Source: Granulicella sp.
GTDB taxonomy: Bacteria; Acidobacteriota; Terriglobia; Terriglobales; Acidobacteriaceae
Length of the DNA stretch: 64,000 nt
Reading direction: 5' to 3'
NCBI GenBank assembly: GCA_027339965.1
Contig: DAHWNL010000039.1
Location: 1 to 64,000 of the forward strand
The position numbers and the translations under genes were made by a program. Shown here piece after piece: positions 8,496 to 16,433 of the stretch (position 1 is its first letter; every line of letters begins with the position of its first letter). The notes under the pieces were generated by a model. That model saw only the letters and a program-made list of their open reading frames with translations, ran no database searches and had not been told where the DNA came from.

Positions 8496-8564
8496 TGCAC
8501 GTCCGGCATATCCAGCCTAGGGGAAACCATCATCAGCTTGCCACGGGCGCGTCTCAGCGCAATT
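8493..8564. repeat. ~72-bp imperfect-palindrome repeat, copy 2
   Basis: CTGTGCACGTCC-N17-GGAAACCATCATC-N11-GGCGCGT-N3-AGCGCAATT. Confidence 0.7.
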
Positions 8565-8582
8565 GTTTGCGATATTCAAGGC

Positions 8583-8621
8583 AAAAAGAGGGCAAGGCAT
8601 TCTCGGAAAATGCCCTGCCCT
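8583..8621 (-). terminator. Rho-independent terminator of the leftward operon
   Basis: AGGGCAAGGCATT-N7-AATGCCCTGCCCT stem followed on the minus strand by CTTTTT. Confidence 0.65.
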
Positions 8622-8666
8622 TTCACCGCCGGGAAGCAGAAAGGCCCGGCGGCGCGCGCGGGGGAG

Positions 8667-9339
8667 TTAGCCGCGCGCAACTAAACTTTCGGACTCTTCC
8701 TCGTTAGCCTGTTCCTCGCCCGCTGCCCGCAGTCCGGCCCGCTTCCGGACGGCCTCACGCTTCGCGCGGAGTTCGCTGAGTTCGCGCTTAAGTTCCATTA
8801 GTCTGGGGATGTAGGAACGCATTTCACTGCGCAGGGCATCGGCCTCGCGTTCGGCCTTGTCAAATTCGCGCCGGGCGGTTTTGAGTTTTACTTCCCAACT
8901 GTCGAACTCTTCATGGGACGCAAAACTCGCGTCGCTTGGCTTGCTGCGCTTGACGGCTTGAAGGCGCGCCGACGCGGAGTTCCTCGCCGTGATAAGTCGG
9001 TTTAGATCGGCGCGCAGCCCGTCGCGTTCGGCTCCGAGCCGTTTCAGTTCCTCCAGCTTCCGGCGCACCCGGACAGTGAGTTCGTCGTACTCGGCCTTTG
9101 CAGCGTCCCTGCGTTCCTTCTCGATGGCGCGAAGCCTCGCGGTGACGGCGCGGCTGAACGGAACGAGTAACTCCATGAAACCTTTGTCTAGGCCTAACAA
9201 CACACTTTCAAGTTGACCGAGTTTTTTCCAACGCGATGGCTTCAGACGGTTCCTCAGTCCATACGCTGCGCCGCGATGGTGCAGGCATGTAAGTCGGGTG
9301 CGTCATCAATGGCTGCGAACCGAAACTGTCAAAATTCAT
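8667..9339 (-). pseudogene. Coiled-coil protein split by one extra A in an A6 run at 9222-9227
   Basis: Strong RBS and ATG at 9339 coupled to the upstream stop; removing one A fuses MNFDSF...EAIALEK to LGQLESVLLGLDKGF... (the 178-aa ORF). Confidence 0.65.
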
Positions 9340-9619
9340 TTCTTCTCCCCCCTTTTGGTCCTGGTTCTGAGTCACGCGCGAATGCCCTCCGCTTGTCGCG
9401 AAAGTTGCGATAGTCGATGTCGCTATCCGGCCCGCGTTCGGCCTCGATGATGCGCACATGAGGCCGCCCGCGTTTATCCTTAATTGCCACCGCGAAGTCC
9501 CCCCATTTTGTTCTTTCAATGCGTTCGGGAACCTCGCCGAAAACTCGATAAACCTCGTTTCCGGCCTCGGACTCGTTGCGGGCGGGCTGCATGAGAAGCG
9601 GGCCAGTCTCACGACTCAT
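9329..9619 (-). CDS. Hypothetical protein (96 aa)
   Basis: ATGA overlap with the upstream gene and overlap with the downstream start; MSRETGPLLMQPARNESE... Confidence 0.65.
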   Translation of the reverse strand: MSRETGPLLMQPARNESEAGNEVYRVFGEVPERIERTKWGDFAVAIKDKRGRPHVRIIEAERGPDSDIDYRNFRDKRRAFARDSEPGPKGGRRNEF

Positions 9620-9909
9620 TCCGCACCCCCTGGCCGGCAAATGTCGAAGGCGATCCTCAGCAAGCCGTCTTGCGTCTCGATGCGTTCGGCGCGACGCAGC
9701 AGCGCCAGCTCCGCATCGTAGCGGCTGGGTTCGAGATCCCGGCCCTCCATCCGCGCGGACTCGCAACGCATCGCTGTGCAAACCAAGCCCAACGCATCAT
9801 GCACCCGCAAACTTGCCCGTGCGCCGTTCTCGTAAGTCAGCACGGCATCGACACTGGCGTCGCCGCGTTCCAGCCGGGCCAGTCGTTTGTGTAACTCACT
9901 TAAACCCAC
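9616..9909 (-). CDS. Hypothetical protein (97 aa)
   Basis: Abuts the upstream stop; MGLSELHKRLARLE N-terminus typical of small satellite ORFs. Confidence 0.7.
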   Translation of the reverse strand: MGLSELHKRLARLERGDASVDAVLTYENGARASLRVHDALGLVCTAMRCESARMEGRDLEPSRYDAELALLRRAERIETQDGLLRIAFDICRPGGAE

Positions 9910-10302
9910 TCAGTCACTCCCCCTCAGCGAAACTTCCAGCGCACTGATGCGCCGTTCTATTTCTTCGACTTCGCGGTTTTTCATCAAAAGCTCGAGAACT
10001 GTTTTGCTCGCGCTCACCGTTGCGGCGGGTGGTGTTTTCTCGTTACTCAAGACACGCTCCAATGCCCTCGAAGCGTCGCACCCGATAGTTCTCAAACGGT
10101 TAATTGCGCCGTCGAGGAGTTCTTTTTTTGCCGCATCATATTGTTGGCGGAAGCCTTCATGCTTCAGCCATGCCTGCATGGTGCGCCTGGAGATACCGCA
10201 TTTCGCCGCCGCATCCGCGACGGTTCGCTCGGATAGCAGGGCCGCAACTGCGGCGTCCATCTTGCGCGTTTGACCTTTTTGTCGGTTCACTTCATCGCAC
10301 AT
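9910..10302 (-). CDS. HTH protein, small-terminase-like
   Basis: AALLSERTVADAAAKCGISRRTMQAWLKHEGF HTH, helical oligomerisation-like middle, EEIERRISALE coiled tail; lies downstream of the replication gene. Confidence 0.68.
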   Translation of the reverse strand: MCDEVNRQKGQTRKMDAAVAALLSERTVADAAAKCGISRRTMQAWLKHEGFRQQYDAAKKELLDGAINRLRTIGCDASRALERVLSNEKTPPAATVSASKTVLELLMKNREVEEIERRISALEVSLRGSD

Positions 10303-10426
10303 CGTTGCACGCCCTCACCGTCATTGTGCAGCTTTCCTCCCCCGATGCAAGTCACCCTCCCATCGCGGGCCGGAAGGGTTGCAGCGTTTTCAGCCGTTTC
10401 GGTTCACTGATACATCATCAGCCAGC

Positions 10427-11749
10427 CTACTGGACCGTATTCCAACCAAACGGGAAAGACACGTCCACCGGCCCGGGCGGTTCCCAGGCGTCGCCTGCGC
10501 CTTCGGGGACTGGAACGGGATAAACCTGTTCGCTCCCAAGATGGCCACGAAGGTGTCCAAATACATTATTTGGCCTTCTTGGGAAAATAAAAGACTTACG
10601 TTGGACTTCTTGGCCTTCTTCCAAGGGGGCCAATTTCCCCAAGGGGGCCAACTTTTTTGTGTGGACATCTTGGTGGCCTTCTTGGCCATGTTCCGGTTCG
10701 ACGGGCTTCGGCAACTCCCACATCCAAGGGCCGCGAACGGACTCTTTGAACGATCTGACGCTCAGGCTTTCCTTGGCCCGCCGGATGGTGCGGTAGGCGA
10801 ACCCGTCCTGTTCCGCTTGTTCTTGGATGGCCTTTTGTGGCCGTGGCCCATCTCGGAGAATTTCAGACAGCCATGTGGCGGCCTCAACAAACTTTCTATC
10901 GCCCGGCCCAGCAGGCGCGGCCAGCAAGTCGCCCGCCGTCAGGGTACTTTCGCCCAACCATGAGAATGTTCCATCGGCATCGATCCGGTATCCTTGCGCC
11001 TTGCCCAAGCGCCCTACGTTCGACTTGACATGAACCAACGCCCGCGTTTCAGGATCGTCCGGGAGTGAACCGGCCAAGAGTTCGGAGCGAACCGAGCCTG
11101 TCAGATCGATGGAACCCAACCCGCGATGGATCGCCTTGCCGCCGCCCATCTTACTTAGGTGACGCAAGATCAAGATCGCACAGTCGGTCTCTTCCGCCAG
11201 CCTTCCCAAGCCGTCCATGACGGGGCGGGTTTCGTTTGATCGGTGCAGATCGACGGCGGAACCAAGATAGGACTGTATCGGATCGACAACCAGCAGCCGC
11301 GCACCTGTTTGGCGAAGCGCGACCCGGAGAAGATCGATATCGGAAAGGATGACGGCTAGCCGCTCGCCGTCAAGGGACTTCCCTCGCAACATAAAAAAAC
11401 GGCTTGGATCACCGCCGAGCGAGTCGAACCGGGGGCGCACGCTCTCGGCAACAGGGTTTTCGATGCTTAAATAAAGGACGTTTTGAGGCTCGACTATGCG
11501 CCCATCTCGCAGCTTGCCGCGCGTCAAGTCGGCGGCCAGTGACAAGGCGATGAAAGACTTTCCGCTGCCGGGATCGCCGGACAGCATCGTCATCATGGCG
11601 CGGGGAATGAAGGGCTCCCACAACCAGCTCACAGGGCGAGCCTGAACGTCTTGAAGGCAAACCAGATCGGGGGCGAACCCGGCAAACGCATCAGGCAGGT
11701 GCTCTGTCGGTTCGCCTTCGAGTTCAGACCAACTTAACGGGCCGTTCAT
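10427..11749 (-). CDS. AAA_25 / RepA-like SF4 helicase with C-terminal winged-helix region
   Basis: VSWLWEPFIP, Walker A GDPGSGKS, Walker B LLVVDP, ILRHLSK, GLGSIDLTGSVR, KSNVG. Confidence 0.9.
   Translation of the reverse strand: MNGPLSWSELEGEPTEHLPDAFAGFAPDLVCLQDVQARPVSWLWEPFIPRAMMTMLSGDPGSGKSFIALSLAADLTRGKLRDGRIVEPQNVLYLSIENPVAESVRPRFDSLGGDPSRFFMLRGKSLDGERLAVILSDIDLLRVALRQTGARLLVVDPIQSYLGSAVDLHRSNETRPVMDGLGRLAEETDCAILILRHLSKMGGGKAIHRGLGSIDLTGSVRSELLAGSLPDDPETRALVHVKSNVGRLGKAQGYRIDADGTFSWLGESTLTAGDLLAAPAGPGDRKFVEAATWLSEILRDGPRPQKAIQEQAEQDGFAYRTIRRAKESLSVRSFKESVRGPWMWELPKPVEPEHGQEGHQDVHTKKLAPLGKLAPLEEGQEVQRKSFIFPRRPNNVFGHLRGHLGSEQVYPVPVPEGAGDAWEPPGPVDVSFPFGWNTVQ
10535..10692. repeat. Iteron-like cluster, putative replication origin
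   Basis: TGG(C/A)C(T/A)T(C/G)T at 10571, 10602, 10611, 10662, 10674, 10683; inverse-orientation variants incl. CCAAGGGGGCCAA x2; AT-rich spacers. Confidence 0.65.
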
Positions 11750-11878
11750 GCTATTTTCTCCGTTATCGCCGTATCACAGCGGTACTCGTCACCGGAAAAT
11801 GTCGCATAACTCTCACGGCAACAATGGTTTAGAGACACTCGCAGTTTGCCTATTCTGGGCGCGGTGACGCTGTGGGGA

Positions 11879-12109
11879 CTAACGCACATGAATTTGCTCG
11901 GCGCTGGGCGCTAGGGCCGGGCGATAGCCCTCTGCCATAACGCGCAGAATTTCAGTGCGCGGGATGAGTAAGCGCGAAGAAACCTTGCAGGACGCCACGC
12001 GCCCCGAATAGGCCCAGCGCCGCCAACTCCATTGACTTAAGCCGGAAAAAATTTCCGCTTCCTTTGGGCTGAAGTATTCGACCTCGACGGCCCTGTTTTT
12101 CGTCTTCAT
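11879..12109 (-). CDS. Excisionase-like winged-HTH protein (HTH_17/AlpA-like)
   Basis: YFSPKEAEIFSGLSQWSWRRWAYSGRVASCKVSSRLLIPRTEILRVM; AAGGGA RBS. Confidence 0.85.
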   Translation of the reverse strand: MKTKNRAVEVEYFSPKEAEIFSGLSQWSWRRWAYSGRVASCKVSSRLLIPRTEILRVMAEGYRPALAPSAEQIHVR

Positions 12110-12207
12110 CGCATTTCCCTTTCGGTTTTTCACTTGCTATGCCCAGCCTAGTCTTGCAAAATAGACTTGTCAGAAAATTTGTTATCTTTTTGTGGGGCAA
12201 TAGTATC

Positions 12208-12990
12208 GTGGTAACGCGGGCCAAACAGCGCGGCTTCATTTCGGCCACGGAACCAGCGCCGGAAACCCAAACCGGCTTGCAGGTGCGGGCGCGGAGTATC
12301 GCCCTAACCGATGCGCGGCTGGCCGTTGAATGGTTAAACCGCTTCCGTGGCCGCCCGGCATACAAACGGGTTTTGAGTATTCGGCAGGAACTCGAAGCCC
12401 TGGGCGCGACGCTGGCCAAACTGCGGACGGGCTGGCGGGATGCGCCCAAACATCGGCGCGGCCAGTCGCCGGAGAAAATAGCGGCGGTTTCTATAAGACT
12501 CCTGGAACTGGGCGAGTTGCAGGAACAATTCAGGGTACGCCACAACGTCCTAAACGCGAAGCTGGCGGCCTATTCGTTCCAACCCGCGCTTGCCTATAGC
12601 CTTCCGGCGGGCGGCTGGGCGTTCGGCATGGTTCCCAAACACGGGCGCGGCCCGCGACTTGTCATTAGTGATGGAACAAACGATGTGACGGTGGATGAAG
12701 GCACGGTAGTTTCGGCGTTGTGCCGTCTGGCGGCCAGCGGAGAGCTGGGCAAAGTTAAGTTATGCGAATGGTGTGGCAAAAACTGGCGCATCAGCGAACG
12801 AGCAATAGATCGGTTTTGTTCCGACAAGTGTCGCGAACAGTTCCACAGTCACGCGCCAGAATACAACGTGCGCCGGGCCGCAATTCAACGGCGATACCGG
12901 GAACGGCAGCGGCAAGGCGCATTGGCGGGCGCGGCGGCGTTCATCGGGCGGCTGGACAGAAGAAAGGGGGGACGACGTGGCAAAGGTTAA
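12208..12990 (+). CDS. Protein with C-terminal CGNR-like zinc finger; putative element regulator (start uncertain, 12139-12208)
   Basis: KVKLCEWCGK...RFCSDKCRE followed by a basic helix; divergent from xis and overlapping the integrase start. Confidence 0.72.
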   Translation: MVTRAKQRGFISATEPAPETQTGLQVRARSIALTDARLAVEWLNRFRGRPAYKRVLSIRQELEALGATLAKLRTGWRDAPKHRRGQSPEKIAAVSIRLLELGELQEQFRVRHNVLNAKLAAYSFQPALAYSLPAGGWAFGMVPKHGRGPRLVISDGTNDVTVDEGTVVSALCRLAASGELGKVKLCEWCGKNWRISERAIDRFCSDKCREQFHSHAPEYNVRRAAIQRRYRERQRQGALAGAAAFIGRLDRRKGGRRGKG

Positions 12991-14127
12991 AGAACGGGAT
13001 GGAGTTTATCAGCGGGCGGATCGGCCCGGCTGGTGAGTTTCCTATGTGGACGCGGCGGGAAGGCGTCACCGCGAAAAGCTACAAGTCTACACTCGCCAAC
13101 AGGCGCTCGAAGCCTTGAGGCGCATCAAAACGCGGCTTGAACGCGATGCGATGCTGGGCGTTCGCCCCGATGCGGGCATCTCCACGGCGGAACTGTTTGA
13201 AAAATTCAGACGGTATCAAAAACCGCGTGTCGCGGAAAAAACTTATCAGCGCACGGATGAAATTCTGAAAACCCTTGCGGCCCGCCTGCCCGCCGTGGCG
13301 AAAGACATTACAAAAGCCATGTAAGTGACTTTGTTTCCAATAGGTTAACGGAAGTCAAGCCGTCCACCGTCAGCAAAGAACTATTTGTTTTGAGTAAGGT
13401 TTTCCGCCTGGCCGTGGATGAGTGGGAAATTTTGAACCGGAACCCGGGGGCTGGCGTCAAGGTTCCTCGCCAGCCGGACGGCAAATTGAAGTATCTGACG
13501 CCCGGCGAATTACGCGCCACACTCGAAGCCAGCCCGGAATGGATGCGCGCGCCCATTGCCTTAGCGGCGGCCACGGGATGCCGTCGCGGTGAACTTTTAG
13601 CCTTGCGCTGGATGGACATTGACTTAAAGCGGCGGCAGTTAACGTTGCGCGGGCGCAACACGAAAACCCGCGAAACGCGCATTCTGCGCCTGAATGAACC
13701 CGCCATGTACGTATTGCGCAGCTTGCCGCAAGGCGCGGCGGCGGACTTGCTGTTTCCTGATGTGGACGCACACGAACTCACCGTTTATACCCAGCGCATC
13801 TTCGCCCGGCTGGGTATTGCGGACGCATCCTTTCACACTTTGAGGCATAGTTACGCCTCTTGGTTGGCAATGCAGGGCGTGGACTTGTATGCAATTTCGG
13901 CATTGCTGGGCCACAAGACGCCGCGCATGACTCAGAGGTATGCGCATCTTTCGCCCGACTATCAGGCCGCCGCCGGGAAGCTGGACGGGGTTTTAGGCGG
14001 TATCTGGCCTGCCTTGCCCGCCGGGCAGCCGGACACCCTGCCGGAAGGCCAGCCGGAACCAAAACCGGCCTCGCTAAGTCACCTTAGCGTCACCAGAAAA
14101 TTCAGCCGGAAGGCAAAAACAGCGTAA
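12977..14127 (+). pseudogene. Tyrosine integrase with nonsense codon (TGA 13034-13036) and frameshift (~13320)
   Basis: RBS + GTG at 12977; arm-binding, core and catalytic domains; R (TGCRRGE), K, HTLR, LGH and Y (QRYAH) all present. Confidence 0.92.
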
Positions 14128-14141
14128 GTCTTTTGTTTTGT

Positions 14142-14216
14142 TGGCGTCCCCGACGGGATTCGAACCCGTGTTACCGCCGTGAAAGGGCGATGTCCTGACC
14201 ACTGGACGACGGGGAC
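14142..14216 (-). tRNA. tRNA-Glu (anticodon UUC)
   Basis: GTCCCCGTCGTCCAGTGGTCAGGACATCGCCCTTTCACGGCGGTAACACGGGTTCGAATCCCGTCGGGGACGCCA folds as a cloverleaf with encoded CCA. Confidence 0.97.
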
Positions 14217-14417
14217 ACTCCATCTATGCTGAACGATCAAGCCTTCTCTAAAGCTAACAACACGCTCGGTATGTGTCAAAGATTGCGGCCGCTCCAGACG
14301 AGTCGCGGCTGGGGGAAAGGTCGCAAGTGAAGGGTCTCTGTCGGGCAGAAGCCTCCGCGTCACGCCCGTCTGCTACACCCAAAGGATACCCTCCAGGCAC
14401 GCCCGATCGGCCGCGCG

Positions 14418-15199
14418 ATGATCTACAAGACCGTCGACGGTCATACGTTGGCGCTCTATGTTAACGAGCCCGCCGAACCCTCCGCCAAGCTGCGCGCCGC
14501 AGTGGTCTTCTTGAATGGCGGCGGATGGACCGGGGATCTTCCGCAGCAATTCAATCAACAATCGAATACGGTTGCAGAACATGGAGCCGTCGGCATTGAA
14601 GTGAAATATAGGCTGCTGAACAAAAGGGACCGCACTACGCCGCCTCGTATCTGCGTGGAAGATGCAAAGTCGGCGATACGCTGGGTGAGCTCGCACGCTT
14701 CTGAGCTGAAGATTGATCCCAATCGTATTGCAGCGGCAGGGGGCTCAGCCGGCGGGGGCACATGGCTGCCTACGCAGCGATGGTTCCGGGCTGGGACGCT
14801 CCCGGCGAACCCGCGGATGTTTCCGCAAAGCCCGACGCGCTGGTGCTCTTCAACCCTGTGCTGGATAACAGCCCCAACGGCTGCGGCAACCCTCGCTTCG
14901 GCCGAGACGATAAGCGGCGCAGTCCTCTCTTCTTCGCCTCAAGCGATGTTTCGCCCATGCTGATCCAGTCCGGCGCCAACGACGCATTTCTCCATGCTGC
15001 CGTATTGCGCATGTTTCAGAAGCGCCCGCAGGCAGATCATGTGCACTGCGACTTGGCAATCTAACACGGCATGTGTCACGGCTTCTTCAACAAACAGCCC
15101 TACACGACGATGACCATACAACAGATGCTGAAGTTCTTGAGATCGTTTGGGTATACGCATTGGAAAGCCTCTGCACTCAGCGCGGCCTCCCATAGCTAA
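14418..15199 (+). pseudogene. Alpha/beta hydrolase (esterase/lipase) pseudogene
   Basis: NGGGW and GGSAGG motifs; frameshift near 14758; in-frame TAA at 15062 just before HGMCHGFFN. Confidence 0.85.
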
Positions 15200-16380
15200 T
15201 CAAGTTGGGAGGCTCCATGCCTCTTCATCGGACCATGCCCCAGCCGGATCTTGCGCCGAACCTCGGCGTACTGCAACAGAATGAAGTTGTCCGTCATGCC
15301 CGCGATGTAGTCGGCTACCACCCGCGCCAGGCCATCCGACCGAACATCTTCCGCGTAGGACTCCGGCAGTTCCTCCGGGAACTGAATCCAGTAGTCAAAT
15401 ATCGCGCGAATTACCTCTTCGGCTTTCTCATGCTCCAACTCCAAAGCCGGACAGGTGTAGAGAGTCTCATAGAGATAGCTCTTGCCCTGCCTGCGCAGGG
15501 ATTCGACGGAAGGCGAAAGAACCGCCACGCGCTCATCCAGCGCCCGGATGTCCTGAAGCGATCTGGCGCCGGAGCTCTCGACCCTGGCAGCCGTGGCGTG
15601 GATCAGATCCAGGATCAGCGTCTTCTGCATCGCCTGCAACGCATCATGAAAGATGTACTTCTCCTCCGCCTGCGGATGGACGCGCTCGACGGCCAGGTAA
15701 CTCTGACGGAGAATCTCGACGTTCTCTCGAATGTGACCGATCTCCAGCAGACCGGACTCCACCCCATCGTCCAGGTCCGCCGTGAGATAGGCGATCTCGT
15801 CGGCCAGATCAATGAGCTGGGCTTCGATCGGCGGCTTCTGCCCCGGAAAGTACTGGGCCAGACCAGGATGCTCCTCGACTGCGTAATCACGCGAGTGTTT
15901 GATGATTCCCTCACGGGTTCCCAGGGTAAGATTCAGGCCACGATGGCCGGCGTAGCGCTGTTCAAAGCGCTCCACGATGCGCAGCGCATGCAGGTTGTGA
16001 TCGAAACTGAGGGCATGCTGCTGCAAACAAGCATCCAACGCACGCTCTCCTGCATGCCCAAAGGGAGGATGGCCGATGTCATGCACGAGCGCCAGCCCCT
16101 CCGCCAGATCCGCATTCAGATGGAGGGCGCCGGCCACCTGCCGAGCTACCTGAGCAACCTCAATGGTGTGGGTGAGGCGGCTGCGAAAGTGGTCCGAGGC
16201 CCGGCTGGTAAAGACCTGCGTCTTGCCCGCTAGGCGGCGAAAGGCGCGCGCCTGCACAATGCGATCCCGATCGCGCTCAAAGGCTGTGCGCTCATCATTG
16301 GAAGGCGCCGGGAAGGCGCGCAGCGAAAGGGCGCGCTCTTCCTCGCAGAAGACGCCGCAGGAGTGCAGATTGTGAACCAT
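15196..16380 (-). CDS. dgt: dGTP triphosphohydrolase (HD superfamily)
   Basis: RTAFERDRDRI, KTQVF, RLTHTIEV, HDIGHPPFGHAGE, DYIAGMTD. Confidence 0.95.
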   Translation of the reverse strand: MVHNLHSCGVFCEEERALSLRAFPAPSNDERTAFERDRDRIVQARAFRRLAGKTQVFTSRASDHFRSRLTHTIEVAQVARQVAGALHLNADLAEGLALVHDIGHPPFGHAGERALDACLQQHALSFDHNLHALRIVERFEQRYAGHRGLNLTLGTREGIIKHSRDYAVEEHPGLAQYFPGQKPPIEAQLIDLADEIAYLTADLDDGVESGLLEIGHIRENVEILRQSYLAVERVHPQAEEKYIFHDALQAMQKTLILDLIHATAARVESSGARSLQDIRALDERVAVLSPSVESLRRQGKSYLYETLYTCPALELEHEKAEEVIRAIFDYWIQFPEELPESYAEDVRSDGLARVVADYIAGMTDNFILLQYAEVRRKIRLGHGPMKRHGASQLD

Positions 16381-16433
16381 GCAGGTACAAGTGTAGCGCG
16401 GCCACGGCAAGGCATCCCGGCGAGAAAATGCAG

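Larger units (their letters stand above)
6791..14189. mobile_element. Integrated phage-satellite-like element A (~7.3 kb) in tRNA-Glu
   Basis: Direct att repeats, integrase beside the tRNA, excisionase, helicase and TerS-like HTH; no capsid, tail, lysis or conjugation genes recognised. Confidence 0.85.

Noticed and set aside
3257..13036. Stop-codon recoding (Pyl/Sec or alternative code) to explain in-frame TAG/TGA
   Set aside because: TAG, TGA and TAA all end normal genes here, and the interrupted region also carries frameshifts; simple decay explains it
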